DNA from: Felis catus
Lineage: Eukaryota
DNA length: 64,000 nucleotides
Assembly (NCBI RefSeq): GCF_018350175.1
Contig: NC_058368.1
Span: 217,684,001-217,748,000 of the forward strand
Direction of reading: 5' to 3'
Part shown: positions 1 to 13,130 of the stretch, one piece after another
Position numbering within the stretch: the first letter of the stretch is position 1
How the letters are laid out: each line of letters opens with the position of its first letter
The notes under the pieces: generated by a model
Databases searched by the model: none
What the model was told of the DNA's origin: nothing
The model's input: the letters and a program-made list of their open reading frames with translations, nothing else
Made by a program: the position numbers and the translations under genes

Positions 1-365
1 AATAATATATGTCTATATTTATCTCTGAAGTTTTTTTCAGAGAGAGGAACCTATCTACATTATTTACACTTTAAGATATGGACTGGGTGGTAGTATCTTC
101 AATCCTGCTCTTAGACACGTGAAATAGATTCCAGTCACTTAAAAAAATCAATTTAGTAAAGAAAAGAAAACAGCATTACCAACACAAAGCAGTAAAAAAA
201 TAAGGGGAAAAAATCCTACCATAGCCAGTGGTTGAACTGACCTCAGTTGATTATTCCTTCCACTTTGGCGTAACCACTATAGCTGGCTGCCAGGATCCTT
301 TATTATATTCGGTATTTTTTTATTTTACTCAGCCTCCCTGACTGGCTTCTTCTGACCAAGCCCTC

Positions 366-497
366 TTTTTTCTTTTCTTTTCTTTTCTTTTCTTTTCTTT
401 TCTTTTCTTTTCTTTTCTTTTCTTTTCTTTTCTTTTCTTTCCTTTCCTTTCCTTTCCTTTCCTTTCCTTTCCTTTCCTTTCCTTTCCTTTCCTTTTC
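366..497. repeat. Compound pentanucleotide microsatellite (TTTTC)n followed by (TTTCC)n
   Basis: Directly visible: TTTTC units to ~440, then TTTCC units to ~495. Confidence 0.97.
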
Positions 498-729
498 TTA
501 ACTTAAATTCTGGCTCTTGATGATCTATCCACTTTCCCAGTTTCTATACATTTTTACATCAATATCCATATGAACATATAGATATATCAATATAGAGATA
601 AATTGAAAATTCTCAAACTTAGACCTCCATCTTTGGAGGTCTACAACCCACTAGCTTTGCTTCATTCCTATAATCCAAACATATTTCCAATGAACTGTTC
701 TAAATTTCCACATGAAAGTTTAATGAAGT

Positions 730-1645
730 GGGATATGTCCAAATATTAACCTCTAATTTTTGCCCCCAAAATCTGTTCTACTCTCAAAGTGGCCCAAGTT
801 GATGGAAAAAAAAAAAAAAAGACCACAACATCTTCCTACCTGTCCAGGTCAAAAATCTTGTAGTCATCCTTCACTTCTGTTATTCTATAATCCTTCATAG
901 GCTATACTTTAGGAAATCCTATTGACTATACCCTCAAAATCTGTCTGGTATATAATAAATTTTCATCACATCCCCGGCTACAATCCTGGCATTTTGTGCA
1001 CCTGGATTATTGCAGTATACTTCTAAGAGTTCTTTCTTACGCACCTTGGCTCCTACCATCTATTTGAAAAGACTGAAGAGAGAATACAGACTGGTGTACA
1101 TTTCTTTTTCTTGTTTTCTCTTCCTTCCTTCCTTCCTTCCTTCCTTCCTTCCTTCCTTCCTTCCTTCCTTCCTTCCTTCCTTCCTTCCTTCTTCTTCCTC
1201 CCTTCCCTCCGTTCAATTAGGTAAGCATGAACATCTTATTTCTCTATTCAAAACCTATCAATTGTTCTTTACAGTGAAAGTCAGTCCTCACGAAGTTATC
1301 AAGTACCCTTTATCTCTTTGATCTTACTCTCCTCTAATTCCTTAACTCATTTCACTTCAGTTATTCTGGGCTCCTTGTTCTTCCTTAAAAACACTAAGCA
1401 TTTTCCCTTTGCACTGACTGATCACTATCCTTGAAATTAGTTTTCCCCAGATATTCATGAAGTTAACCATTAGAACTTCTTTCCAGTCCTGTTTCAAACG
1501 CCACTGAAAACTACAACCCCCAAAACCCATTTCTCCTTTCCCAATTTATTTTAAAATAAATATTTCCCACAGAAAATATCACTATTGAACACAATGCATA
1601 ATGTGTTTATCACTTAATTGTTTCATTTGCCAAATTCTACTAGAA
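730..1645 (+). mobile_element. Ancient LINE-2 (L2a-like) 3' fragment
   Basis: Degenerate matches to recalled L2 3' consensus blocks in the expected order: atgtccaaa..gccccc aaaatctg, aggtcaaaaatcttgtagtcatcctt, ccctcaaaat, cctggattattgca, ttttccccagatattcatg. Confidence 0.7.
1121..1190. repeat. (CCTT)n tetranucleotide microsatellite
   Basis: About 17 perfect CCTT units; explains the LPSF repeat in ORF 1010..1321. Confidence 0.97.
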
Positions 1646-2043
1646 TGATTGTTGGTTCACAAACTGGCCCTTCCACACACAGGGCAAGGGGAGGTGGAAG
1701 AATGAGGAAGGCCCCTCCAGACTGGCCAGCGGCAGGTTTAATAAGCAAAGGAACTTGCATACAAGGCTTGTCTTGAGCAGCAACAGGACAAGTTACATTT
1801 CTGCACCTGCCAGCCAGAATCTTAAAAGTTTGTCAAAGGATTTAACTGGATTCAGTCACCTACTCAGCCTAGATGGCTCCTGACTCTCTCAAAGGTGCAA
1901 CACTGAAACAGCTCCTAGTGTGAGAATGGTGGGCAAAATGTACATTGTAAGGACAGGGGAGGGTTGTGAGGAGCTTCTGAAAGCCCAGGGTCTAGTTTTG
2001 GGGTCAACCTGAGGTCACACACTCTCAGTGACCTCTTCCAGCA
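1646..2043 (-). mobile_element. Probable solo ERV LTR (~400 bp) inserted in the L2
   Basis: GC-richer block with TG...CA ends (TGTTGG at 1650, CCAGCA at 2038-2043). AGAA flanks both sides if the start is 1646. The L2 terminal motif aaatatttgt resumes at ~2081. Orientation is inferred. Confidence 0.55.
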
Positions 2044-2716
2044 AGAATTCTTCCCAAATCATAACTTGTTAACGTGCAGCAAATATTTGTTAAAAGTTAA
2101 GTGACATGCTCAATAGACACGATACTTTTCTTAATTTGGTAAAATATTATCAACACATAGGACATTTGAATAAAACAAATGTAATCAAAAAAGAATTATA
2201 CTCAAATTCATAACAAAGTATATGCCTTCAACACAGTATTGATTATAGCCTAGAGTATTAAATCTAAGTACTATATGCTGAATTCTGGTTGATCATGATT
2301 AGGTCACTATTTAAAAAGATCTTTTCAAAATTACAGAAAGCATGACTAAATTTTTTCCAGTTTTTAAAAAAGCCTCCCTAAATTAAAATTGTATTCAATG
2401 ATCCGTGCTTCTAAAAGTATATGGTAATGGGATTTTACTAGATTTCAGGCCATCAATTCTAAATGCCAGAATCAAAACACAGGCCAACGCAAATAAGAAT
2501 CAAAGAAACAGCCTTCTCTGTGCAGTTTTAATTATCTTCATAATCACCTAATTATTGGATTGGTTTTAGCCCTCTTTTCTCACATTTGGATAATATTTTG
2601 TGAATAAAGGCAAGCTGAACAACCTATGAAAATGTTTTCTTACTTAAATATGTTTAATTACTTTCCAAATTTCAGTAATGATGTGTGACTATTTTTTAAA
2701 AATAAACAATTGTTTG

Positions 2717-2936
2717 GGGGTGCTTGGGTGGCTCGGTCGGTTAAGCATTCAACTTTGGCCTAGGTCATGATCTCACCATTAGGAGTTCAAGCCCCGCATC
2801 GGGCTCTGTCCTGACAGCTTAGAGCTTGGAGCCTGCTTTACAGTCTGTGTCTCCCTCTGTCTCTCTCCCTCTGCCCCTCTCCCACTCTTCCTGTCTCTCT
2901 CTTTCAAAAATAAATAAACATTAAAAAAATTAAAAT
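2717..2936 (+). mobile_element. CAN-SINE (SINEC_Fc-type)
   Basis: GGGGTGCTTGGGTGGCTCGGTCGGTTAAG head, B box GAGTTCAAGCCCC, CT-rich tract, AATAAA plus A tail; imperfect TSD aaataaacaattgttt / aaataaacattgctt. Confidence 0.95.
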
Positions 2937-5140
2937 AAATAAACATTGCTTAGTAACAGTTCATATAAAAAAAAATCAGCTATTTAAGTCATTATGTTCA
3001 AACTAGCAATGTACAGACATTGGGCCTTATCTTACCTGCAGTCTTTGTTATTGTTGTTATTGTTGTTGATGGAATATTATTACCTAATATAGTGTTAAAA
3101 AGTACAACAAAAATCACCATAGTATTAGCAACATTTAAAGACCAAGGTATTTCACCTATACATAATTCCCTATGGATTTTCCTGTGGAATCTAGTAGTGA
3201 AATTAGGTAGTTTTCTGCTATATTTATGTATCACTCAGTAAATCTCACCAACTGCCAGTTCATGTCTATTATTTTCTTATTGTTTCTAAACACATAATTA
3301 TGTAATTTTGATAGTAGCCATTTTTCAATAACATATAAATATCTTTCACAAATATTTTTGCATTTTCACTGCATTTTCACAAATGCTTGCATTTTCACTG
3401 TAATTAATTTCAATGTAACCAAAATTATGTATACTATGAAGTTAACCATTAACTGTGTCTTATGGTTTCCCTGCAATTTTTTGCTTGGTTTCCTATGTAT
3501 CCTTATTACTAATTCAGCTCCAAACTCTGTCAGTTGTGTAAATTTTCTCTCTCGAGATTCAGAAGCACAAAAAAAAGTGGAGAGCTAATTTCATCTCCTT
3601 GAAGAAATCTTTCCTTCAGTCACTGAACTGCTCTACTGAGTGAGATTAACTGTCTTCTAAGCCAGATGCATCCTGGTACCTCCTCCCACCATCTACCTGG
3701 GCATTCCCTGAGTCTCTCCTCCAGAACTGGAGTCCAGAGTCCTATGTCCCATGTCAAACACTTTGAGTCTTTTTTTCTTGTTCCGTCTCCCCACCATGTT
3801 TAGGATAATTTTGTCTACATATCTCTTAAACGATGTTACTACACATTTATGTCTAATATTATAGTTCCATTGTGTTTTACACAAACAGAAATGCTTTAGT
3901 AATCACTTGTCTTTTTGCTCTAACTGTATTGGTGTCGTGAAGTTTCACTAGTTTGAAGGAAGTATTTCAACTCCTTGGTCACCAGAAATTTCTCCAAGGA
4001 CATTTACACAGCAGCTTCATTAGTTTATATGATCTGCCTATTCCTCATAGGCATTAGGCATTTGAGTTTGTAACATTGTTAGTATACAACCTTGACCAGA
4101 ATTCTAAAAAAAAAAAATTATGAATGCTATTATCAATAAATCTTATTTATTTGATTTTAATTATTATAAATTTAGTATATGATCATTACTTACACTAATA
4201 TATAATAGCCTCACATATATGCATTACAAGGAAATACATTCTGGGTAGTCATATTCTTGAAATGAATGTATAAACATTCAGATATGGTCTTGTCTGTTTG
4301 GTTTTATTACGCCAGTTCAAGTCTACTTTTCAGTGTATATAATCCTGAAAAATGCATTTAAAACCCTTCACATACTTGGAAATTCAGTATGCACACATTG
4401 ATTTAATAATCAAGTACAACATGATCTAGAATAATATGCACAAAATATCAACTAAAGCCAAATAAAGTAAGTATCTTTATATATTTATTTGAATCAAATG
4501 TTATATTCATCAGAGTATATCACATTTATAACCTCTCTCTACTACCAGCTTTGTAAGAATGGTTCAGTTGTGTGGTCTGTTAGTTTCAAATTTATTTTTT
4601 TTATAGGAAACATATTGGTGCCTTTTTCTATTAATTACAGGAATAGTATACTGAGAAAAGTAATGCTTTTAATGGAAAGTATTGATTCAAATTATAATTT
4701 ACTTTTTTCAGGATGCTATAGCAACAAAGAAACTCACTGATAAAATCTTATGTAAGTTAATGATTACCTTATTAATTTTATAAATCCCAATTAAATGCTA
4801 GGATTATGTGAATCTAGGTGAAAAAAAGGCAAAAATAGTACAGCGCAGAACCCATTTCTTATAAGACTTCAAAATTCAATTCAATAGACAAAACATTAAC
4901 ATGAGTAACTAAAATATAAAGTGGTATGTGATTAAGGCTTAGAAATGGTATAAAAAAAGGGTAAAATAGTATTTCTTGGCCTCACATGTGTTTCACAATT
5001 ATATCATTTAAAAACTGGTAAACAAGAATTATTATATCCAGTAAAAATCAATCAAAGTCACCTTTGAATAAAATACGGTAAGGAGCTGTTTCTACTTAAT
5101 TTAACTCAGTCAATTTTGATATTAAAATTTAAGATCACAG

Positions 5141-5529
5141 TGTAACGAGGACACAGATACCATTTTTTGATATTTGACTACTGAGAGCTTTAAAGCCTTA
5201 CCCTTCCCTCTTTTCCTTGAGCCCCAAGTCTAGACAAGCTGATAAAAGTCTGGGTGTTCCTTCTTCGGGCACAGACAGGAAATTCAATTCACATACGTCC
5301 TACCCACAGGAGCAAAGTTTCATCTAGCCCCACCCTCTAATCACAATAAAAACTTAGCCATTTTGGAATTACTTGAGAGGCTTCAGTGTTCTCCCAAGAG
5401 GTGTCAATCATATAAATAATAAAGCTTTTCATACCTTATTGGTGTGTGTGCATGGCATCTTTGGTCTCTATATTCAAATCCCACTTTGAGTGAGAGTCCA
5501 TCTACCTGTGCAGAAGACCACAAGAAACA
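5141..5529 (+). mobile_element. Probable old solo LTR (ERVL-class, MER73/MER74-like)
   Basis: TGTAAC start and ...AACA end, TATA-like aataaaaa at ~5345, AATAAA at ~5418 followed by GT-rich ggtgtgtgtg; family name from recall only. Confidence 0.5.
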
Positions 5530-5795
5530 AATTACAATTAAGTTTTAGACATCTAAAAATGGTAGTTTGATAAGGTTAAAAACAGATAAAATATGATTTT
5601 ATAAACATTTAAAATACTCTTAAATATTTCACAGATATTTTATAATGGTCCTCTTAATCATGAAATTACTCAAAATATCATTGTATTTATTTATTAAATG
5701 CAATAATTTAGTATAGAGCATATTTGTGGTTTCAATTATAGGGTAATGCACACTTGGTTATTGATAGACTAAGTAAGTTGGTAAATAGAAGAAGA

Positions 5796-6035
5796 GAATA
5801 GCTACATTACGATGTATTTATGCTCCCATGTGCTAGGCGCTGTACTCAGCATTTTACAGGGATTACTCACGTAAGTCTCAAAAATCTTTTGAGACAAGTA
5901 TTATCCTTCTCTTTATATATAACAGGGAGCTAAAATTTATTTAAGGTTAAAGGTTAGTAAAATATGAAGAAAAGCTTTAAATCTAGGCAGCCTGACTCGA
6001 TATGGTAGGCTCAGCTTTTTAACCAGTATCCTATA
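5796..6035 (-). mobile_element. MIR SINE relic
   Basis: Reverse-complement MIR motifs: atgtgctaggcgctgtactcagcattttaca ... tttaaatctaggcagcctgactc ... tttaaccag. Confidence 0.7.
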
Positions 6036-6154
6036 TTAGGTCATCATTTTATGAAATGGAAAGCATGGTAGTAGCATTGAGTTAGGAACTTTTAATCATA
6101 TATTTGTCTCAGAAAATATCAATCATATGCAATTTGATTAAAAATATAATGAAA

Positions 6155-6265
6155 TGGCTGGCTCAGGCAGTAGAGCATGTGACTCTTGATCTCGGGATTA
6201 TAAATTCAAGCCCCGCATTGAGTGTAGAGATTACTTAAAAATAAAATCTTTAAAAAATAATAATA
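6155..6265 (+). mobile_element. Short CAN-SINE variant without CT tract (SINEC_old-like, tRNA-Lys derived)
   Basis: tggctggctcaggcagtagagcatgtgactcttgatctcggg...ttcaagccccgcattgagtgtagagattacttaaaaataaaatcttt; A and B boxes plus A tail. Confidence 0.85.
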
Positions 6266-6468
6266 AAATGTCCACTAACAATTTTGGGTTTTGAAAAGCT
6301 AAAGGATATAAAATATTTTTCTTGTAAATGAAAGGATCTGAAATTACACAAGCAAGTTCTAGATAAGGGTAATACCAGAATCTGAAGACATATAATATCT
6401 AATCATAAATAGCAAAAGCTAACAAAACTGCAGCACATAAAACGATGTATTAAAAATTGATAATCTAT

Positions 6469-6680
6469 GGGACACCTTGGTGGCTCAGTCAGTTAAGCGT
6501 CCAAATCTTGATTTGGGCTCAGTTCACAATCTCACAGTTTGTGGGACCGAGCCTGGGTAGGGCTCCTTGCTGACGGCATGGAGCCTCATTGGGATTCTCT
6601 GTCTCCCTCTCTCTGCCCCTCCTCCACTCATGTGCACTGTCTCCCCCTCTCTCTCTCAAAATAAATAAACTTAAAAAAAA
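6469..6680 (+). mobile_element. CAN-SINE
   Basis: gggacaccttggtggctcagtcagttaagcg head, CT tract, aaaataaataaacttaaaaaaaa tail. Confidence 0.93.
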
Positions 6681-6917
6681 TGCCACAATATGGACGAGAT
6701 TTCTATTGATTATTTCTGCTTAGATGGGGAAATCACTCTGTGATTAGGAGAAATTCCCACAAAATCTTGTATATTAAATACATTGCATTGGATAATAAGT
6801 TATATGGAGTATATGTAGAATTAGATATGTCTACTTTCCTTAAAAATTAAATATTTTGAGTTTATTTTTATTCTTTGGTTAATACTAATAATAATAGGTA
6901 AATTTGTATTCATACTT

Positions 6918-7128
6918 CTTTAAATTTGTTTAAATATTTACTTTTGAGAGAGAGAGACAGAGAGTGAGTGAGGGAGGGGCAGAGAGAAAGAGAGATACAG
7001 AATCCAAAGCAGGTTCCAGGCTCTGAGCTGTCAGCACAGAGTCTGATGTAGGGCTCAAACCCACAGACTGCAAGATCATGACTTGAGCTGAAGTCGGACA
7101 GTTAACTAACTGAGCCACCCAGGTGCCC
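6918..7128 (-). mobile_element. CAN-SINE
   Basis: Ends ...tgagccacccaggtgccc; GA tract; TSD aaatttgtattcatactt (6900-6917) / aaatatgtattcacactt (7129-7146). Confidence 0.95.
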
Positions 7129-7649
7129 AAATATGTATTCACACTTTGAAGCCAGGTAATAGTGGGAAGCTTGTCACATTCCCTCGGATAGGACTGGGAC
7201 AGAGGAAGCAATAGAAAGCACCAGCACTAAAAACAAAGATTTGAGGTCAGAAGTGAGACCTTATATCCTGCATTTCCATATCACACTTTTAAACCTTTGA
7301 AAGACCACTTTTGAATTAATCTGCAAAGCAAGCAAATTAAAATGGTGCCTGGCAGCAATTAAGTCTAAAGTCAAGAAGGAATATTGAACATCACAGTTAT
7401 CATTAGCCACATTCATTCTAAAGTGGCCAATTTGGAAATTAGGAACATCTTACTAGGATAAAAGAATAGAAGAATGGACGATGGTGACACTAGTCTGATT
7501 ACTTTTTCCTCTGGCCACTGAATAAAATATATGGCTTTGTTTTTCCATGTGTATTCATTTGAAACAAATGACAGAGGTGAGCCAGGGAGTCATTTTGATG
7601 ACTCCCCACTCTGCTCCACATATATATCCACCCGTTCCCAAAGCATGAC

Positions 7650-7892
7650 TTTTTTACTTTTAATTTTTTATATTTTGATTATTTGAATATAGTTGACACA
7701 CAATATTACATTATTTTCAGTTGTACAACATTGTGATTCAACTTCTCTATGTGTTATGCTATATTCACCACAATTGTAGCTACCATCTGTCACCATACAA
7801 TAGCATTACAGTACCATTGACTATATTCTCCACACTCTGCCTTTTATTCCCATGAAATTTTCATTCCATAACTGGAAGCCTTTATCTTCTCA
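7650..7892 (-). mobile_element. L1 3'UTR fragment (carnivore L1_Carn-like)
   Basis: T-rich tail, then atagttgacacacaatattacatt..ttcagttgtacaaca..tagctaccatctgtcaccatacaa..tcattccataactggaagcct; antiparallel to the copy at 33621-33885. Confidence 0.85.
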
Positions 7893-10339
7893 ATGATGGA
7901 AAACTTCAGACATTGTCAAGGATAAAACTCAAATACATTTAACCTGGGTAGACAGATAGACACATATAATACTTATATCTATAATATATTTAAAATATAG
8001 CATCTATATCACAATATCTCCTGAAAGTGTAGAGGGTCATTCATATATGTCATCCGAGAGTGTTTACATACTCAGATTTTAATTTTTATAGAAAAAAATC
8101 ATACTTTGAGTTACAACTTACCCAATAAGAAAGAACTAATTGTGAAGTTTACAGTATTCTAAATATTCCCCTATGTTCTGGATGAATGGTGGCTTCCTGT
8201 ATTGATTGCATCATGCTAATAAATTGCCTAACTTACAAAAAATGTCGCTAACAAATTCACACTTGTTTCAGTTTTAGAATTGTTGATGTATTTACGTAGC
8301 GAAATAAGGCATCTTATCAAGAAACAATCATGTAATATGATGTAGTTCTTACTTGAGTATTTATTTATTGAATTATGTTAACCTAATGAACTGATGGAAA
8401 TGTTGATCTAGTGCTACTAGATCAGAGGACAGACATGCTCCGAATAGGAGAGTTGATTATACTGATCTAAGCATCAGTTAATAAAATAGTGGGGAAGTTA
8501 TTTCCATTTCATGGTCTGTAAAATTAATTCCTTAACCTTCCAGCTATAATGAAAGATCGTATTTTGCATTTTTTCATTATTAATCTACTCTCATACTTAT
8601 TATCATGAAATTATATTAAATATTCCCCACCTTTATTCATTAAAACTTTAATGCAGTAACCATCAGTTTTACTCACTGAATAACAAATAATTTAGAAACA
8701 ATGTTAAAAGATATTTAAATGCAAATCTCTGTTAAATGAGTGATCTGAATTCCTAAAAAAATTATTTAAAAATCTAATCTAATTCAGTTGAAACTAATAC
8801 AGCTAAACTGCTTGCCGTTAGATCATATATGACAAATTAATTAACATGATTTGTTTTTATCTTCAGCAGCTTAACAAAATATGTTTTATTTATTCTCTAA
8901 ATACTATATTCATCTTCCTTTTAAGAATAAATATACATGCTACCAGGCAGCAGAAACCTATAAATAAAATAACATTTCCCAAGAAAACTAATGTGTATTT
9001 AACAATTTTAGGCATATATTTTTGGTAAATTTCTACATATGCAGCAAAAACACCTTTGTGAATTGGGACCAAGAAAGTGAACTTAAGATTAAGAGGAAAT
9101 TCTGCTCATCTTTGAGAGAAAAGCTCTTTTTATAGATTCCTATGAAAGGTCCAAGAGGAAAAGCATAAATGTAAGTGATCAAAAAGAAAAGCCCCAAGCT
9201 AAAAACTATGCTATAAATCTCAAAGGGTAGTTGCATTTTTAAGATTTTTTTAAGTAGAATTCTATTTTGAGGAAAAAAGAAGAAACTTCATCCTTATTCT
9301 TCTTCAATTTATGAGGAAAAGAAATTACACCTCATTAAAATTTAATTTAAAATTAAATCCCAAGTAGAACAAAATCAACCATAGAAATGACTGAAGCTCT
9401 AATCCACTGAGAACAAAGATGACAATGATTTAAGGAATTATATGTTCATATGAAAGTTCTTATGTGCTCCTACAACATTCATTATCTTTCATTATATAAA
9501 TGTCCTTTATCAGTACAAAGCCTAACAATGCATCTCGATAGGAGAAAAAAACGTAGCCAGAGAGACAGTAAACAAGAAAGCACACACACGTTTTCCTGGT
9601 CTATCTTACTTATCTTATTTAAATTATAGATATATATTTTTACTATTTCCACTTTTGATATCATCAAGCATCCATAATCACTAATTTACTTAGTCCTAGT
9701 TCACTATGAAAGTATTATCTATTTGCCTTGTTGCGGCACTGAGTCAGTTTTTGCACAGTGTCATATACTGATTTGACCAACTGCATTCATACTCACAAAT
9801 CAAAGTTTTCTCTTTTTCTAGGGATCATCAGTCTCTTTAATATAAGCACATTTTCTCTGCTTTCTGTGCTCATTCACATGGTATTTCAGAAGTTCTAAGA
9901 TATTCTTTGCCTTCTGCAGGTCATGGAAAATGCGAGGGAAGGATGCAGAATTGAGGAACTTGGAAATAGCTTCCATCTTTTCCATGGGTACTCTGTTATT
10001 CCATACTCTGCTCTTAGCCCACTATCATGGGCTATTTTATTATCAAGGTTTTAAGCATCTAAACAGTAATGGAAAGAGCCTCCAGAATATTGCCCAACAT
10101 TCAAAATTATGAGACACATGTTGCATTTTCCCAAAAAGGCATCCTGTTCTGTTCTCTCTGTTCTGCTTTGATGACAACAATAAAGCAACTTTCCTATTCA
10201 GGAACTCAGTTGGCATCTAATTAAGAAGAGAAGGGAAGCCAGATTATATTTTTGTTAATATATCTCTGATATGTTCAGGTGAATTTTGTTTGATTCTTAT
10301 GGAGCAACACTTCACCTGACTCCGGGAGGTAGGATTGCA

Positions 10340-11011
10340 TATGGTACCTTAAAAAATTGGACAAAGATTGTCTACAACTTCTCCCATCAATAATTACAAT
10401 TTCTTAGGGCACCTTCAGCATGCTTCATGCCTACGTTCTCACAGTTAAGCATTCAACTCTTGATTTCGGTTCTGGTCATGATCTCACAGTTCATCAAGCT
10501 CTGTGCTGAAGGCACAGAGCCTGCTTTGGATCCTCTGTCTCCCTTTCTCTCTGCCCCTCCACCGCTTACTCTCTCTCTTTCTCTCAAAATATATAAAAAC
10601 AAACTTAAATAAAAAAGAATTATAATTTCTTTCCCCATGCCATGAATTTAGGCTGTTGGTATTTCTACTTGCTTTATTCTAATAGAATACAGCAGAAGTG
10701 ATTTGTCCAAGTTCTGAGCTTGCAGTTCTGCCTTTGCCATGAGAAATAGTCTGCCCTCAAATGAACAAGCCTGGCTACCCTCCTGGGGAATAAGAGAAAA
10801 TATTCATATAAAGAGAGCCTCTAGCTACTCCAGCTAATCCCCCAGAACTGTGAACAAACCCAGAAAATAATATCCAGGCCAATATGAGGACCACCAACCT
10901 GAGCCTTGACCAAATTGCCAACGCATGGAATGATGAGTTAAGTGAAATGTTTTTGTTTTATGCCCATAAGTTTTGGGGTAGCTTGGTATATAGCAACAAA
11001 TAACAGAAGCA
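10340..11011 (+). mobile_element. MaLR solo LTR (MLT1F/G/H-like), interrupted by a SINE
   Basis: aatagaatacagcagaagtga, and the typical MLT1 3' end ttgttttatgcccataagttttggggtagcttggtatatagcaacaaataacagaagca. Confidence 0.75.
10407..10617 (+). mobile_element. CAN-SINE with altered A box and deleted B box
   Basis: gggcacct...cagttaagcattcaactcttgatttcgg..ggtcatgatctcacag; TSD aattacaatttctt (10392-10405) / aattataatttctt (10618-10631). Confidence 0.92.
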
Positions 11012-12884
11012 TTGGGAAAGAACAATTTCATCCCCTGTACATTGAGGAAGGAAACCAAATGCCAGTTTTCCACCAACAAGATCTTTTATAACTTTTGGCA
11101 CCTCATGACTATCCCTCTGCTTCTCTGTAATTCTAGGTACATAAAATCAGGTGAATAGTATGTGTTTGGTAATTGGAAGGCAGAGATATTTCATGGGTCC
11201 ATTTGTAAACCTCAAAGAAGTATTTAATGACACACTTTTGTCCTCGTCTTATATTTAATTAATCAAAAAAGAGAGATGTCAACGTGTTCAATGTGTTTAA
11301 CTGAAGAAAAAGATTATACGCAAAAGAGTGGACAGAGTTAAGAGAACCATCAAGACCGAATGAGGATGAAGACTTTTCACGTGTAGTTCAAAATGAATAA
11401 GGAGACAAGCAGTGTGACAGGAAAAAAGTTTGGAATAGGGTCCCTGTGGGTAGAGAAATCTGTCCAATGCCACACCCATGGCAAACAGAGAGGGACATCA
11501 ATATTTAGAATTACAAACTCCTATATAATTTAAAATAACATTCTGACTAATCAAACATGTTTGCTAACTTATATCTATAGACGACTATTTTTATAAAACA
11601 TTGTGAAGGTCAAACTACAATTACACAATTATTCCGCATAGCAAAAAAAAAATAAACAAACTATACTAAAAACAAAAGATCATTTTGGGTAGTATTAGAC
11701 CTTATTAGCATTATGGCAATAACATTCTAATGTTAATAAACCTGTAGATATGCAAAGGCTTCTGGATTCCTAAAGTCTGAAAGTTAATAAAGTCTCATGA
11801 AATGTGATCATTTTGATGATTTAGTAGGCTTTTGTAGTTTATTAATCTTGGCACTGTTTCAGTAAAAAACTATGAGAAAGAAGGATTTTTTATGTCTAAA
11901 AGAAAAGATTCTGATTTCTTGGTAACATACTGTCTTTGAAAATACAGTGACTGGAAGTAAAATAAGGACATTCAAAGTTCAAGAGTCAACCCAAATAATA
12001 TGCTGGACGAATGTATACCTTTTCATTTTTCAAAATTTAATAAATTTGATCTCTTAATACACTAGCAACATACATACAGAGACTAAATCCTACTTATCCT
12101 TAACACAGCGTATGCCAAGACTCTGGAATTAGTAATACATAAATTTGTTGGTTACCCAAATGAAAATATTTGGGATGAATGTTCTTTGCCTTCAAAGAGG
12201 AGAGCGGACTAGGAAAACCTTACCTCATAAAAGTCAGAGGGTATTCAAAAGTATTCTGTAGGAAGAAAAGTAAATGGATGACAACAGTTTTTCCAAAGGG
12301 ACTGTCTCCACCAAAGACTCACTGAATAATAATGATAAGGTCAAAGCTCATTTTCTTGTCCTTTGTCAGTGAGAAAAATAACAAAAGGACAATAAGTGTC
12401 AAAGAATCTGTGAAGATCTTTCTTAGCAACAGTGCCTACAGAAACAATGAACCCCTGCCTAAGAGAAGTACTACTATTGTGTGACATGATGGCAAAAAAT
12501 AATTCATTTAAATGAAGAGGCTGTCTGGAGGAAGCCACGTTTCTGAGAGGTTACTGAGTGGCAGCCCTGTTAAACAAGATCTCTTTTCAGAAAGAAAGAC
12601 ATGAGTAATTGATCACAGAGAAAGTGGCTTGCTTGACTTTATACCTAAAGAACACTTTCCCTAAATCACTAGGATGAATCACCAGTTGGCATTCATTGCA
12701 GTCATATACCAGTGAGAGCAGATGGAATATAAAATGGTATGAAACATGTCTACTGAGAAAACAAGCATTTTAAAAGTTAATGAAAGACAAAATAACAAGG
12801 GTATAAAGTAGGCTTAGTGAATGTTAATGTAATTACAGCATAAAGAGAACCCCTACACTTTTAATGATTATCCAAATGGGAAGT

Positions 12885-13130
12885 AATAATAGTAGTAAAA
12901 ATAATACCAGTCATACATTTATAATTTTTCTAACCATAATCTTAAGCACTTTAGTTATACCATATTACTTGATCCTTAAATAACATTTGAGAGGTATGCT
13001 TTTAGTAATCCTATTTTATTGAGAAGGCAAATGTGACTCAGAATTTAAACAAACCTTTAGGGGGTTGAAGATCCAGCATTCAAATTAGACAGATGCATCC
13101 CAATATGTTAGTTCACAAATGTTATGCTAT
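12885..13130 (-). mobile_element. MIR relic
   Basis: cttaagcacttt..atccttaaataacatttgagaggta..cctattttattgagaaggcaaatgtgactcaga resembles the reverse MIR core. Confidence 0.55.

Noticed and set aside
6155..6235. tRNA-Lys-like sequence
   Set aside because: It has the CAN-SINE 3' extension and A tail, a truncated 5' end and mutated stems; it is a SINE, not a functional tRNA gene.
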